Shown here piece by piece: positions 16,520 through 26,708 of a DNA stretch of 64,000 nucleotides; position 1 is the first letter of the stretch; every line of letters begins with the position of its first letter. The notes under the pieces are model-generated. The model made no database searches. It saw only the letters and a list, made by a program, of their open reading frames with translations, and had not been told where the DNA came from. The position numbers were made by a program, and so were the translations under genes. Origin of the DNA: an uncultured bacterium (GTDB lineage Bacteria > Muiribacteriota > Ozemobacteria > Ozemobacterales > Ozemobacteraceae); assembly GCA_964580875.1 (NCBI GenBank), contig CAZOMG010000017.1, positions 1-64,000 of the forward strand, in the 5' to 3' direction.

Positions 16520-17608
16520 TCAGGGTGTGATCAGAAAAATTGAGCTGGGCAACATGCTGATGCTCACGGGTTCAGCTTCGACGACGCTGATTTTGCGGGC
16601 GGCGGCATCGTGAATATCGATTTCGACCGCGACTTTGTCATCACCAGCTTCGACGACGATTGTGTGCATGCGGCCACGCGTGTAGAGCTTTTTGACCGTC
16701 GCGGCGAAAATGTTTTCGAGGGTTTTTTCATGGCCTGGGCGCTGTATGTATACTGCTTCTGAACGGATGCCGAAGTGCACAGATTGTTGCAGTGTGAAGC
16801 GTTTGTCGCTGCAATGACATGGGATGACGAGGTGCCTGTTCATGGCGGTCCAGTGGATAGTGACACTGCCTTCTTCGATTGCGGTGACCGTGGCGGGAAA
16901 GAGATTCTTGATGCCGAGAAAATGCGCGGCAGCAAAGCTTTGGGGGTAATAATAAAGGCGCTCGCGGTTGCCGCTCTGCAGAATTCGGCCGTTGATCATG
17001 ATCGAAATGTGGTTGCCAAGAAAGAAGGCTTCATCGAGATCGTGAGTAACAATCAGGGTTGTGGTCGAGAATTCTTCGAGAAGTTCCTTTATCAGACGCC
17101 TGATGTCTTCGCGCATTGAATGATCGATGGCTGAAAATGGCTCATCGAGAACCAGCAGGGCCGGCCGGGGCACCAGCGCTCTGGCCAGGGCGACGCGCTG
17201 CTTCTCGCCACCCGAAAGCTTGACCGGGTAACGGTCAAGCAGGTGCCCGATGTGCAAAAAGCTGATCAGATGATCGATCAACGGTTGTGCTTCGCTCTGG
17301 CTGATTCCACCCATGCGGACTCCGTAGAGAATGTTGTCTCTGACGGTCATGTTGGGAAACAGACAGGTGTCCTGGGGTACATAAGAAACCTTGCGGTCGC
17401 GGGGTGCCAGCAACGAAACCGGTTGGCCGTCGATCAGAATTTCGCCGCTGCTTAAATCACGAAGACCGACGAGCGTTTCAAGCAGAAAGGTTTTGCCCGC
17501 ACCAGTCGGCCCGACTACCACATGGCATTCGCCACCAGCGATGGTGATATCGATATTCTCAAGCGTAAAAACGCCGGCAATGGCGCAGAGTTGCCGGAAT
17601 TCAATCAT
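16520..17608 (-). CDS. modC: ABC transporter ATP-binding protein, ModC-like (molybdate/tungstate-type, C-terminal TOBE domain)
   Basis: Walker A 'GPTGAGKT', the ABC signature 'LSGGEKQRVALARAL' and Walker B 'LLVLDEPFSAID'. The C-terminal ~120 aa form a TOBE-like beta domain. Confidence 0.8.
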   Translation of the reverse strand: MIEFRQLCAIAGVFTLENIDITIAGGECHVVVGPTGAGKTFLLETLVGLRDLSSGEILIDGQPVSLLAPRDRKVSYVPQDTCLFPNMTVRDNILYGVRMGGISQSEAQPLIDHLISFLHIGHLLDRYPVKLSGGEKQRVALARALVPRPALLVLDEPFSAIDHSMREDIRRLIKELLEEFSTTTLIVTHDLDEAFFLGNHISIMINGRILQSGNRERLYYYPQSFAAAHFLGIKNLFPATVTAIEEGSVTIHWTAMNRHLVIPCHCSDKRFTLQQSVHFGIRSEAVYIQRPGHEKTLENIFAATVKKLYTRGRMHTIVVEAGDDKVAVEIDIHDAAARKISVVEAEPVSISMLPSSIFLITP

Positions 17609-18374
17609 ATTTTGCTCTTAAAATGAACTTTAGAAACAGCAGCACCGCCAGCCCGACCGCCAGCAGAATGAGAATCATCATTGCCATTCCCTCTATGTCG
17701 GCGCTGCCAAGTCGCATAAAAATCGAGACCGGCATGGTTTCGCTTTTCATCGGCATCGCACCGGCAACCATTATCGTGGCTCCAAATTCGCCGATACATT
17801 TGGCAAAACAGACAACTGTGGCCGCCAGAATGCCGTTGCGAGCCATAGGCAACGTGATAGTGAAGAGCGCCCGGGCCGGGGTGGCCCCCAGGGTGCAGGC
17901 AACTGCTTCATAACGTGGCGAAATCGCGTCAAAGGTGCTTCTGATAGTGCGAATGGCCAGGCCGGCGGTGGTGAGAAACTGCGCCAGCACAATGCCCGAA
18001 AACTCAAAAACGAATTGCCAGATGTGTTGCTGCAGACCAACCCCGGTTCTGGTGTTAAAAAAGATCAGCAGCATCGCCCCAAGCGCCACGGGGGTGACGA
18101 TCAACGGAAGCTCCAAAAGCATGTCAACCAGATCCTTGCCAGGAAAATTGTAGCGGGAAAGGGCATAAGCGGAGGGAATAGCAATAATTATCGCTAAAAA
18201 AGTGGCAATTAAAGCAGCTTTGACGCTCAGCCCGATCGAAAACATAACCCGGTCTGAGCCAAGAGCGGTGAACAACCGCCCCGAATCAATAAAAGTGAAC
18301 AGACTGCCAACCAGCACCAGGTAGATGCAGGTTACGGCGACCGCGATTGCGATAGTCAGACGTCTGAAAGTCAT
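17601..18374 (-). CDS. modB: ABC transporter permease, ModB-like
   Basis: 257 aa with six TM helices and the EAA-like loop '…AACTLGATPARALFTITLP'. It overlaps modC by 8 nt. Confidence 0.8.
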   Translation of the reverse strand: MTFRRLTIAIAVAVTCIYLVLVGSLFTFIDSGRLFTALGSDRVMFSIGLSVKAALIATFLAIIIAIPSAYALSRYNFPGKDLVDMLLELPLIVTPVALGAMLLIFFNTRTGVGLQQHIWQFVFEFSGIVLAQFLTTAGLAIRTIRSTFDAISPRYEAVACTLGATPARALFTITLPMARNGILAATVVCFAKCIGEFGATIMVAGAMPMKSETMPVSIFMRLGSADIEGMAMMILILLAVGLAVLLFLKFILRAKYD

Positions 18375-18382
18375 TGAATGGC

Positions 18383-19237
18383 TCAGTGCATCCAGGTGGG
18401 GGGAACCTTGAATGGCTCGCCGCCGACCGGTTTGTCTGCACCGAGGTATTCGAGAGCTTCGGCAGATGTGGTGAAGTATTTGAATTTTTTAAAAAACGCC
18501 AGACCCTCGTCAGACTTCATGAATTCAATGAAATTGCGGGCTGTCGCCGGGTTGCCCGCATATTTTGTGACCGCTACCGCCAGATAACTGATTCTGACGA
18601 TTTCCTCGGGCTTGAGTTTTACGGTTTCAATCAGCTCGGGGTTCCAGTGTTCAAAAACCCCCCAGCCAATAATCGCGTCAACAGCCTTCAGGGAAATAGC
18701 GGTCGCGGTTTTTTCGCAACTTTCGGTGTAGGTGACCAGATTTTGCCGCAGCGCCTGAATCTCGGCACTGCTCAGATTTTTTTCGAACAGTTCGGTGGCA
18801 AAGACTCCGAGGCAGACTGATTCAGGGTTGGCAATCGCCACCTTCAAGCCCGGTCGGCAGAGATCTTTGAGGTTTTTGATGTTCTGGGGATTGCCGCGTT
18901 GAACATTGATCGCCGGCACAAGATAGACGATCGGGGTAATGGTGCTTGCATCGATCTGGTTTTCTTTTTTTGCCTGTTCGATAAAATCGATCGAGCCAGG
19001 AAAATAGACATCGCCTTTGCCGGTCAGTTTTATCTGTGAGAGCAGCATTCCGGAACCGCCGATATTAACATGCACCCGAACCCCGGTTTTGACTTCGAAA
19101 GCTTTGGCAAGTTCTTCAATAACCGGCGCCGACGCGGCCCCTGCCATGAGCAACAGGCTTTCTTCGGCCAGGACAGACTGACAGAGAGTGCAAAAGCTTA
19201 GAATGACCACCAGCAGCGTAATTGTGCATTTTTTCAT
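18383..19237 (-). CDS. modA: periplasmic molybdate/tungstate-binding protein, ModA-like
   Basis: Signal peptide 'MKKCTITLLVVILSFCTLCQSVLA'. The ModA-family fold includes 'VNIGGSGMLLSQI'. It is the first gene of the modABC operon. Confidence 0.75.
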   Translation of the reverse strand: MKKCTITLLVVILSFCTLCQSVLAEESLLLMAGAASAPVIEELAKAFEVKTGVRVHVNIGGSGMLLSQIKLTGKGDVYFPGSIDFIEQAKKENQIDASTITPIVYLVPAINVQRGNPQNIKNLKDLCRPGLKVAIANPESVCLGVFATELFEKNLSSAEIQALRQNLVTYTESCEKTATAISLKAVDAIIGWGVFEHWNPELIETVKLKPEEIVRISYLAVAVTKYAGNPATARNFIEFMKSDEGLAFFKKFKYFTTSAEALEYLGADKPVGGEPFKVPPTWMH

Positions 19238-19281
19238 TTATCGCTCCCTGTTGAAAGAACCAGTGGCTCTATTGAACTAAC

Positions 19282-19953
19282 TTAATCTTCGCTGGTGTCT
19301 TCTTCGGTGTCGTCGCCTTCGCCATCTTCGGTGGTCTCAGCGTTGGCTGTGAAGTTCATGAAGGTTGAAACAATCGAAGTGCGGGGAGAATAGATTTTCT
19401 TTTCGTAATCAAAACTGGCATCATCGATGGTCAGGTCAATCTCAGAACGGCTGCCATCAGTGTTTACCATTTCCCAGATGAATCTGGCGTAGCGCAGCAC
19501 CTTGCCGTTGCTTGATCTGGGGCGTGAGGCAATTGAACTCTTCACCCACTGGCCATCATAAATAACTTTATCGTGCTCATACTGATTTTCGAAGTCTTCG
19601 GGTTCGTAATAGCTCAGGCTATACTGCACTGGCGAAGAACTGCCCGGTTTTAAAAGCCCCGGATCATAACCGTCACCAGTTTCGACTACAGCTTTCAGCT
19701 GACTTGCATACCACTTGAAGACTGCATCTGGAGTCGAGGGAGTTGAAGCCGCATTTAGCCCCTTGGCCAGCAGACCCTTCATGCCGGTCGTCGAATCGTC
19801 AAAGTTGTTTTGCTCTTGTTCGAGGATTGCATAATCAACTTTGCTGCCCGGAAAAACGGGTATCTCATTGAGGTTGCGCGGTGTCTGCGCACAGGAAACG
19901 CCTGGTAGAAGCAGTGTCGATAAAATCAGTGCCGTCAGCGCCGTTCTGATCAA
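19282..19953 (-). CDS. secreted hypothetical protein with acidic C-terminal tail
   Basis: TTG start with GAGGAA RBS. Signal peptide 'MIRTALTALILSTLLLPGVSCAQT' and C-terminal tail '…TEDGEGDDTEEDTSED'. It lies 44 nt upstream of modA on the same strand. Confidence 0.45.
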   Translation of the reverse strand: MIRTALTALILSTLLLPGVSCAQTPRNLNEIPVFPGSKVDYAILEQEQNNFDDSTTGMKGLLAKGLNAASTPSTPDAVFKWYASQLKAVVETGDGYDPGLLKPGSSSPVQYSLSYYEPEDFENQYEHDKVIYDGQWVKSSIASRPRSSNGKVLRYARFIWEMVNTDGSRSEIDLTIDDASFDYEKKIYSPRTSIVSTFMNFTANAETTEDGEGDDTEEDTSED

Positions 19954-20075
19954 TTTGGGTTCCTCGGTTAAATCTGGTAATTAAATTATGGGTTCCAGTT
20001 CGCATAGTATAGCACATCTACACCTTGTATTGCTGCATCTTATGACTTAATTTACCGGCTGATTCTCCTTGCGCG

Positions 20076-20107
20076 AAAAACCCCCCGGCTGACCGGCAGC
20101 CGGGGGG
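20076..20107 (-). terminator. rho-independent terminator (minus strand)
   Basis: 11-bp GC-rich stem CCCCCCGGCTG / CAGCCGGGGGG with loop ACCGG. On the minus strand it is followed by TTTTT, 49 nt after the stop of the 20156-20713 gene. Confidence 0.6.
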
Positions 20108-20155
20108 TTAAGAGACCTGCAATCAGGCATTGTCTGCCTGTGTGGAGGTTAGCAG

Positions 20156-20713
20156 TCAGCGGACGACGACAATATTGCCAGGAAGATTCGGGCGATTGAT
20201 GCGGGTAGAGATTCCACCGCTTACCTGGCCCCAGTTAAAACCACGGAAAAACCTGGCGAGAACAGCGCCAATTCCGATTGCGACCGGAGCAGCGATCAGA
20301 GCGCCCGCGGCGGTGCGACCACGGTAACTGTTGTGGTTGTTTGTGCTCTGGTTGTTGCCCCTGGTGCCGTTCTCTACCATTCTGATGGCAGTGTTGATGC
20401 GTTCAAGGGCATCCTGACGGTTGTTCCAGAGAATTTCCATCTTTGCCTGGTCAATGACCCGGTGCAGGCGATGATCAAAGCATGCCGACACACCGTTCTT
20501 GTTCAGCAGGCGTTCAGCGTGGCTGAGATAGGGTCTGGCGTTCTGCAGTTCAGTGTATGCGTAACCGCCGCAAACGATGTTGCTGGCAGAATTGAGATCA
20601 GAATAAATCGCATTTACCAGGTTGTTGTAACCTGCTTCAGCACCCGGAAGAGAGGAAAAAATAAAAGAGCAGATCAATACCAGACAAAGCATTTTTGAAA
20701 AATTACGTTTCAT
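20156..20713 (-). CDS. secreted hypothetical protein
   Basis: The ATG at 20711-20713 is preceded by GAGGTG and gives the signal peptide 'MKRNFSKMLCLVLICSFIFSSLPGAEA'. The C-terminal region is Gly/Ala-rich and hydrophobic. Confidence 0.5.
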   Translation of the reverse strand: MKRNFSKMLCLVLICSFIFSSLPGAEAGYNNLVNAIYSDLNSASNIVCGGYAYTELQNARPYLSHAERLLNKNGVSACFDHRLHRVIDQAKMEILWNNRQDALERINTAIRMVENGTRGNNQSTNNHNSYRGRTAAGALIAAPVAIGIGAVLARFFRGFNWGQVSGGISTRINRPNLPGNIVVVR

Positions 20714-21299
20714 ACAGCTCACCTCGTTATTTTTTTTCTGACATACTGCCGTCTGCGGCGTTCCTGAGTGGCAGTATGCAAAAGGTATTCTGCCTTGAGC
20801 AATATTTGTGCCAATTTATATAAGCGGCAGGGCTAATCGTTGCCTGGCCCGTTCTGATGTATGTTTGCTCTTACTGAATATTGAGAAATAATTCTCACTG
20901 TAAATTTTAATCGCCAGATTTTGGTTAACCGCCACAAAAATTCCGGCAATAAGTTAAAATTACTGCATTAATGAGGCTTCTCTTTCTCAGGTCAGGCTGT
21001 TGGCCTTCCACGCCGTCGAATCGGCGAAATATACTCAATGTGCTCTTATATAGTCTGCGCCCATCATGTTAAAGTCATCATGGGTTGTGCAATTTGCCAG
21101 ATTTCTGAATTTGGTTTGATTGGCTGGCAAAAAGCAGTTCTTGTGCTTTGTGAACAACTATGTTTTCATTTTGTCGTCAAAAGTAAGGTTTTGGGTCGGC
21201 AGAGTTTTGCATCAGGCAGAATTCTTGATCTTGAACATTGTATCGACATTATTGAGAAGTCCTCTTGTGGCGCATTGAAAGGGTTGCGGGAGTTAATTC

Positions 21300-22475
21300 A
21301 TGAATAAAAAAATGCTTTTAGCATTGCTGTTGCCGGCCCTCGTGGTGGCGTATTTCGCAAGCACCGGCTACGGCCGGAACAAATCAGAGACCGTAATGAT
21401 GTCGGGCAATTTTGAAATCGATGAAGTGGCGACGTCTTTCAGAATCCCGGGGGTTCTCATCGAAAGAGCCTGTTCAGAAGGCGAGCATCTCGCATCCGGG
21501 GCCATAATTGCCCGGATCGACCCGGAAGAATTTCAGATTGCCGTAGCCAAAGCTTCAGCGGCTTATGAAGCCGACCGAGCCGCGCTTCTTGAACTCGAAA
21601 ATGGTGCCCGGACAGAAGAAAAGGAGCAGGCCAGGGCGCAGCTTCAGGTTGCACAGGCCATGTTGCAGCAACTTGAAACCGGCTCACGCCCCCAGGAAAA
21701 GAAGTCGGCGCAGGCAATGCTGCTGCAGGCAGAGGCCATGGTTGCCAAAAATCGTGCTGCTTTTGATGAGGCAATGAAAGATAACCGCAGGTTTGCCCGA
21801 CTGTATGCTGAAAATGCGGTCAGCGAAAAAGATTATCTGACCGCCAGAACCCGAGAAAAAACAGCAGGAGCCAGCCTTGAAGAAGCCATCGCCAAAGTTG
21901 AATCGGCCAGGCAGGGGCTGAGCATGGCCGACGAAGGGCCAAGAAATGAAGAAATTCTCAGGGCCAGGGCCGCAGTAAAAGCCGCGCAGGCCTCTCTCGA
22001 TCTCATGATGGCCGGAACGCGTTTTGAACGAATCGAACGCGAAAGGGCGAGAGCCGCTGTTTCAGAAGCGACTCTCAAACAGGCACAACTGGCGCTTGCT
22101 TATTCAAATCTGCGAGCGCCGATTGCCGGGGTAGTGCTCACCAAGGCAGCTGAGCCCGGAGAATTCGTCAGGCAGGGCCAGGTCATTGCCACCCTCGGCA
22201 ATCTTGATCAGATTTTTTTGCGAGTTTATGTCAGCGAGTCCCGCCTGGGCAAAGTGAAGGTCGGCCAGCCCGTCAAAATCATGGTCGATAGTTTCCCGGG
22301 TGAAACTTTTGCGGGCCAGATTGTCTTTATCAGCCAAGAAGCTGAATTTACCCCCAAAAGTGTTCAGACCCACGAAGAGCGGGTTAAACTGGTCTACCGC
22401 ATCAAGATCGCTGTTGCTAACCCAGATCACAAATTCAAGCCAGGCATGCCTGCCGATGCAATTCTTGAACCGTAA
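21300..22475 (+). CDS. HlyD-family membrane-fusion/secretion protein (YbhG-like)
   Basis: An N-terminal TM helix is followed by a lipoyl/barrel region, a long Ala/Gln-rich coiled-coil hairpin and a C-terminal beta domain. It is the first gene of a YbhGFSR-type operon. Confidence 0.8.
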   Translation: MNKKMLLALLLPALVVAYFASTGYGRNKSETVMMSGNFEIDEVATSFRIPGVLIERACSEGEHLASGAIIARIDPEEFQIAVAKASAAYEADRAALLELENGARTEEKEQARAQLQVAQAMLQQLETGSRPQEKKSAQAMLLQAEAMVAKNRAAFDEAMKDNRRFARLYAENAVSEKDYLTARTREKTAGASLEEAIAKVESARQGLSMADEGPRNEEILRARAAVKAAQASLDLMMAGTRFERIERERARAAVSEATLKQAQLALAYSNLRAPIAGVVLTKAAEPGEFVRQGQVIATLGNLDQIFLRVYVSESRLGKVKVGQPVKIMVDSFPGETFAGQIVFISQEAEFTPKSVQTHEERVKLVYRIKIAVANPDHKFKPGMPADAILEP

Positions 22476-22477
22476 AC

Positions 22478-24406
22478 ATGCAGATCATCGCTGAGGCACA
22501 GAACCTCTGTCGCAGTTTTGCCCAGAATCAGGCAGTGGCATCAGTTTCTCTGTCACTACAAACCGGAGAAATTTTTGGCGTGGTTGGCCCCGATGGAGCC
22601 GGGAAATCGACCCTGCTGAGAATGCTGGCAACCATTCTGCAGCCCGACAGCGGCAAAATTAAAATTTGCGGCTTTGCCGTCGGCGAAAACTCAGCAGCGG
22701 TCAAAAACCGCATTGCCTACATGAGCCAGAGATTTGCCTTGTATGTCGATCTTACCGTTGAAGAAAACATTCGATTCTACGCCGATCTATACAGTGTTCC
22801 CGAAGAAGGCATGAGCCGCCGTATCGACGAACTATTGCATTTCAGCTACATGCACCCTTTTAAAAAACGTTTGGCCGGCCGGCTTTCGGGTGGCATGAAG
22901 CAGAAGCTCCAGCTGATCTGCGCCTTAATTCACACACCCGAACTCCTGATACTCGATGAACCGACCAACGGAGTCGATCCGGTCAGCCGCAGAGATTTCT
23001 GGCGAATGCTTCAAAGCCTTGCCGAGAAGGGTGTAACTATTCTGGTTTCGACCTCGTATCTCGATGAAGCTGAGCGTTGTGGGCGACTGGCCCTCATGCA
23101 TGCCGGCACCTTTTTCAAAACCGGCACAGTCAAAGAAATTATCAGCCAGTCCGGGTTTGAAATTGCGGTCTGGCGAAGCGAACAAGCGAGAGTTCTTTTC
23201 AGCGAACTTAAAAACCGGGTGGGCGATCAGGGGGTCAGACTGTTTGGCAACAGCGTCAGAATAAGAAAAGCAGACGATTTTGCTGCGACCCGGCAACTGG
23301 TGAACGATCTCGCTGCCACAGCAGGCATTACCGGAGCGTGGGAATCCGATGAACAGCCTGGCCTCGAAGACATTTTCGTGCGCTATCTTGAATCAGAAAC
23401 CCAGGCAAAAAAATCAGATGTTTATGACCTTGCCATTGTTGAAAAGGGCAAAAATGCCGGAAGCTCAGTTAAGATCGCCGGATTGAGCCGTGTGTTTGGC
23501 GATTTTATTGCCGTCGATTCAATCAGTCTTGAAGTCGGACAGGGCGAAATCTTTGGCTTTCTTGGGCCAAACGGGGCGGGCAAGAGCACAACTATCAGAA
23601 TGCTCTGTGGGCTGCTGCTGCCTACTTCCGGGTCTGGAACAGTTGTTGGTCTCGATCTGAAAAGCGAATCCGAAAAAATCAAGCAACGAATCGGTTATAT
23701 GAGCCAGAAGTTTTCGTTGTATGTCGATCTGACCGTTGCTGAAAACATAAGGTTTTACGGCGGTATATACGGCCTTAATGGTGAATCGCTGAATCATAAA
23801 CTCGCCTGGGCACTAAAGATAACCGGGCTTGAAGGCCTTGAGAGCAGTCAGGTAAAAATTCTCAGCCTGGGTTTCCGGCAGCGCCTGGCGCTTGCCTGCG
23901 CCTTGTTGCACGAACCCTCGATTGTTTTTCTCGATGAACCGACCAGCGGGGTTGACCCGCTGACCAGACGCCAGTTCTGGAGCACGATAAGGGACCTGGC
24001 GCATTCAGGGGTTACGGTTTTCGTCACCACGCATTATATGGAAGAAGCTGAATACTGTGACCGGATCGCTTTCATAAACAATGGAAAAATCATGGCGTGC
24101 GGCTCACCCGAAATGCTGAAGAGAGACACGATCAGGCATCGAATTTATAAGATTGACAGAAAGATTTCGGCAGAGCAACTTGACCGCCTGCGGCAGTTGC
24201 CGGGCGTAATTGATGCGTATATTCAGGGCGCCGGCCTGCACATTGCAGCGGCCAGCCTGCCAGATTCAGCCGGACTGCATGATGTTTTTGCCGGAAAGGT
24301 TTCTGAATCGTCATTCAGAGAGGTGGCTCCGGGCATGGAAGACGTGTTCGTGCAGTTGTCGATGGTCGGCATTGCCACCGCAAGAAACGAGGAATATAAC
24401 GGATGA
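22478..24406 (+). CDS. ABC transporter ATP-binding protein with two tandem ATPase cassettes (YbhF-like)
   Basis: Two Walker A sites ('GPDGAGKST' and 'GPNGAGKST'), two ABC signatures ('LSGGMKQKLQL' and 'LSLGFRQRLAL') and two Walker B motifs. Confidence 0.85.
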   Translation: MQIIAEAQNLCRSFAQNQAVASVSLSLQTGEIFGVVGPDGAGKSTLLRMLATILQPDSGKIKICGFAVGENSAAVKNRIAYMSQRFALYVDLTVEENIRFYADLYSVPEEGMSRRIDELLHFSYMHPFKKRLAGRLSGGMKQKLQLICALIHTPELLILDEPTNGVDPVSRRDFWRMLQSLAEKGVTILVSTSYLDEAERCGRLALMHAGTFFKTGTVKEIISQSGFEIAVWRSEQARVLFSELKNRVGDQGVRLFGNSVRIRKADDFAATRQLVNDLAATAGITGAWESDEQPGLEDIFVRYLESETQAKKSDVYDLAIVEKGKNAGSSVKIAGLSRVFGDFIAVDSISLEVGQGEIFGFLGPNGAGKSTTIRMLCGLLLPTSGSGTVVGLDLKSESEKIKQRIGYMSQKFSLYVDLTVAENIRFYGGIYGLNGESLNHKLAWALKITGLEGLESSQVKILSLGFRQRLALACALLHEPSIVFLDEPTSGVDPLTRRQFWSTIRDLAHSGVTVFVTTHYMEEAEYCDRIAFINNGKIMACGSPEMLKRDTIRHRIYKIDRKISAEQLDRLRQLPGVIDAYIQGAGLHIAAASLPDSAGLHDVFAGKVSESSFREVAPGMEDVFVQLSMVGIATARNEEYNG

Positions 24407-25542
24407 ACTGGCGTCGTTTTCGCGCGATTGCCCGCAAAGAATGCCTGCATGTCTGGCGTGACTGGCGCAGTCTAGTCATTTCGCTGGCTATCCCGGTTCT
24501 GCTGTTGCTGTTATTCGGGTATGCGCTCAACATGGATCTGAACAATGTGCCAACTATTCTCTATGACCAGGCAGGCAACGTTCAGAGTCGCGATTTTGCT
24601 GAATTGTTCAGTGGTTCACCATATTTCGCTATTGTCGCACGCACCGATAACTATCGCGAGGTAGAGCAGGCGCTTGGCTCAGGCAAAGCGTTGGTAGCGC
24701 TGATTATTCCGACTGATTTCGGAAAAGACGTTGTAAGTGGCCGGGAACCTGCCGCCCAGGTGATCGTCGATGGTGGTGACGCCAATACAGCCACCTTCGC
24801 ATTGAATTACGCCAGGGCGATAGGCCTGATTGCCGGGGCAGCCATCGAAACATCGATTGCAAAGGATTCTAAGCCGGGCACCCCCATCAGAATCAACCTA
24901 TACAACCGTGTCTGGTATAACCAGGATCTGCGCAGCCGCAATGTAATTGTTCCGGGAGTGATCGCGATTGTCATGGTAATTATTGCCTCAATGCTTACTT
25001 CGGTCACCGTGGCCCGCGAATGGGAGACCGGCACGATGGAACAGTTGATCAGCACGCCGGCAACCGTTTCTGAACTGGTGCTTGGCAAGGTTGTGCCCTA
25101 TTTTGCCATCGGCTTTCTTGATCTGCTGATTGCTTTTGTTGTGGGCAGATGGTGGTTCGGAGTGCCGTTCAGGGGCAATTTGGCGCTGCTGTTCATTCTG
25201 AGCGGCTTTTTTCTTTCCGGTTCTTTGTTTTTTGGCCTGTTTTTGAGCATCCGCCTGAAAAAGCAGGTTCTGGCGAACCAGGCGGCTCTGATGTCTGGTT
25301 ACCTTCCGACTCTTTTTCTCAGCGGTTTTGTCTTTGCAGTGCCTAATATGCCCTGGTTTCTACAGAAATTGAGTTATATCATTCCGGCAAAATACTTTAT
25401 CAGCATTCTTCGGGGAATCTACCTGAAGGGTGTCGGTATCGAGGTTCTCTGGTTTAATGCCCTGATTCTTACGCTTTATGCTTTTCTGATGCTGCTGATC
25501 GCCCATCGTAATCTTGATTTGAAACTGGATACCAATGCTTAA
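24403..25542 (+). CDS. ABC-2 type transporter permease (YbhS-like)
   Basis: An N-terminal TM helix is followed by a large periplasmic loop and five more TM helices. It overlaps the upstream gene by 4 nt. Confidence 0.8.
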   Translation: MNWRRFRAIARKECLHVWRDWRSLVISLAIPVLLLLLFGYALNMDLNNVPTILYDQAGNVQSRDFAELFSGSPYFAIVARTDNYREVEQALGSGKALVALIIPTDFGKDVVSGREPAAQVIVDGGDANTATFALNYARAIGLIAGAAIETSIAKDSKPGTPIRINLYNRVWYNQDLRSRNVIVPGVIAIVMVIIASMLTSVTVAREWETGTMEQLISTPATVSELVLGKVVPYFAIGFLDLLIAFVVGRWWFGVPFRGNLALLFILSGFFLSGSLFFGLFLSIRLKKQVLANQAALMSGYLPTLFLSGFVFAVPNMPWFLQKLSYIIPAKYFISILRGIYLKGVGIEVLWFNALILTLYAFLMLLIAHRNLDLKLDTNA

Positions 25543-26623
25543 TCGCTTCAAACAACTCTTTATCAAAGAATTTCTCGAACTTTTTCGTGATCCGCGCATG
25601 CGGGTTCTGACGTTCATATTTCCGGCGATTCAGATCGTGATTATGGCGCAGGCATTTGTTCTTGAATTAAAGAACGTCGAACTCGCGGTTGTCGATTTTG
25701 ACAACTCACAACTGTCGCGTGAATTGATTGCCGATTTTACCGCAAGCGGCCATTTTATAAGTCGATATTCAGAAAATATTGCAGCTGCTGAAAAACTTCT
25801 TGCCGCCGAAAAGGTGCGGGCGGTAATGGAAATCCCGCCTGGATTCAGTGAAGATGCCCGGCGTGGTGAAGGCAATGTCGGGCTGTTTACCGACGGAACC
25901 AGTAGTAACGATGCGGGGCTGATTCAGGGGTATTCAGCGACGATTCTGGCTCAATTTCAGAAGCGGCACAATAAAACGGGGAGTAACCTGCCTGAAACTC
26001 GCGCCTGGTTTAACGCTAATCTTGAGAGCCGGTATTATTATGTTCCGGGTTTGATAGGTATTCAGCTCGTGGTTATCGGCTTTCTACTCGCTTCAATAGC
26101 CATTGTTAAAGAAAAAGAAGTCGGCACGATCGAACAATTGATGGTGACGCCGATAACCGTTGTTGAATTCATTCTTGGCAAGACGCTGCCCTACATGGCG
26201 ATTGGCTATATCGGGGCAACTATAATGCTGCTGGCTGCTTTTGGTTTTTATGACATTGGGGTTAAAGGCAGCTGGCTGCTGTTGTATCTCAGTATTGGCA
26301 TCTTTCTGGCCGGCAATCTGGGCTGCGCCTTGATCATCAGCGTTGTTTCGACTACGCAGCAACAGGCGCTGCTGACCTCTTTCTTTTTCATGCTGCCGCT
26401 GGTTATGCTTTCCGGGCTGCTTTTTCCGATCAGAAACATGCCGGCTGCCGTGCAGTATCTGACGGTATTGAACCCTTTCCGCTGGTTTTTTCAGATGATC
26501 AATGGCATTATCTGCAAGGGAAGCGGGCTGAGCGAGCTGATGACGCCGATCATGGCTCAGGTGACCCTTGCAGTTGTCTTTATTTCTGTCGCGATCAGCA
26601 AGTTCAAGAAGGCTGCAGATTGA
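25535..26623 (+). CDS. ABC-2 type transporter permease (YbhR-like)
   Basis: Paralog of the preceding permease with the same topology and an 8-nt overlap. Confidence 0.8.
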   Translation: MLNRFKQLFIKEFLELFRDPRMRVLTFIFPAIQIVIMAQAFVLELKNVELAVVDFDNSQLSRELIADFTASGHFISRYSENIAAAEKLLAAEKVRAVMEIPPGFSEDARRGEGNVGLFTDGTSSNDAGLIQGYSATILAQFQKRHNKTGSNLPETRAWFNANLESRYYYVPGLIGIQLVVIGFLLASIAIVKEKEVGTIEQLMVTPITVVEFILGKTLPYMAIGYIGATIMLLAAFGFYDIGVKGSWLLLYLSIGIFLAGNLGCALIISVVSTTQQQALLTSFFFMLPLVMLSGLLFPIRNMPAAVQYLTVLNPFRWFFQMINGIICKGSGLSELMTPIMAQVTLAVVFISVAISKFKKAAD

Positions 26624-26626
26624 AAT

Positions 26627-26653
26627 TTGCGGGCGCTGCGATCGTGCTATAAT
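26627..26653 (+). promoter_or_regulatory. putative extended -10 promoter (TTGCGG-15-TGcTATAAT) for the histidine kinase gene
   Basis: -35 TTGCGG at 26627-26632 and TG-n-TATAAT at 26645-26653. It lies 55 nt upstream of the ATG at 26709. Confidence 0.4.
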
Positions 26654-26708
26654 ACAGGCGAAGATCAGATGACAAGTTTTGCGTGCTAGAGAAAAGTTGA
26701 GCGAAAGC

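Noticed and set aside
21038-21307. 89-aa plus-strand ORF in the 577-bp intergenic region upstream of the HlyD gene
   Set aside because: Cys-rich nonsense-like translation with no RBS. It overlaps the HlyD start region and is more likely promoter/leader DNA.
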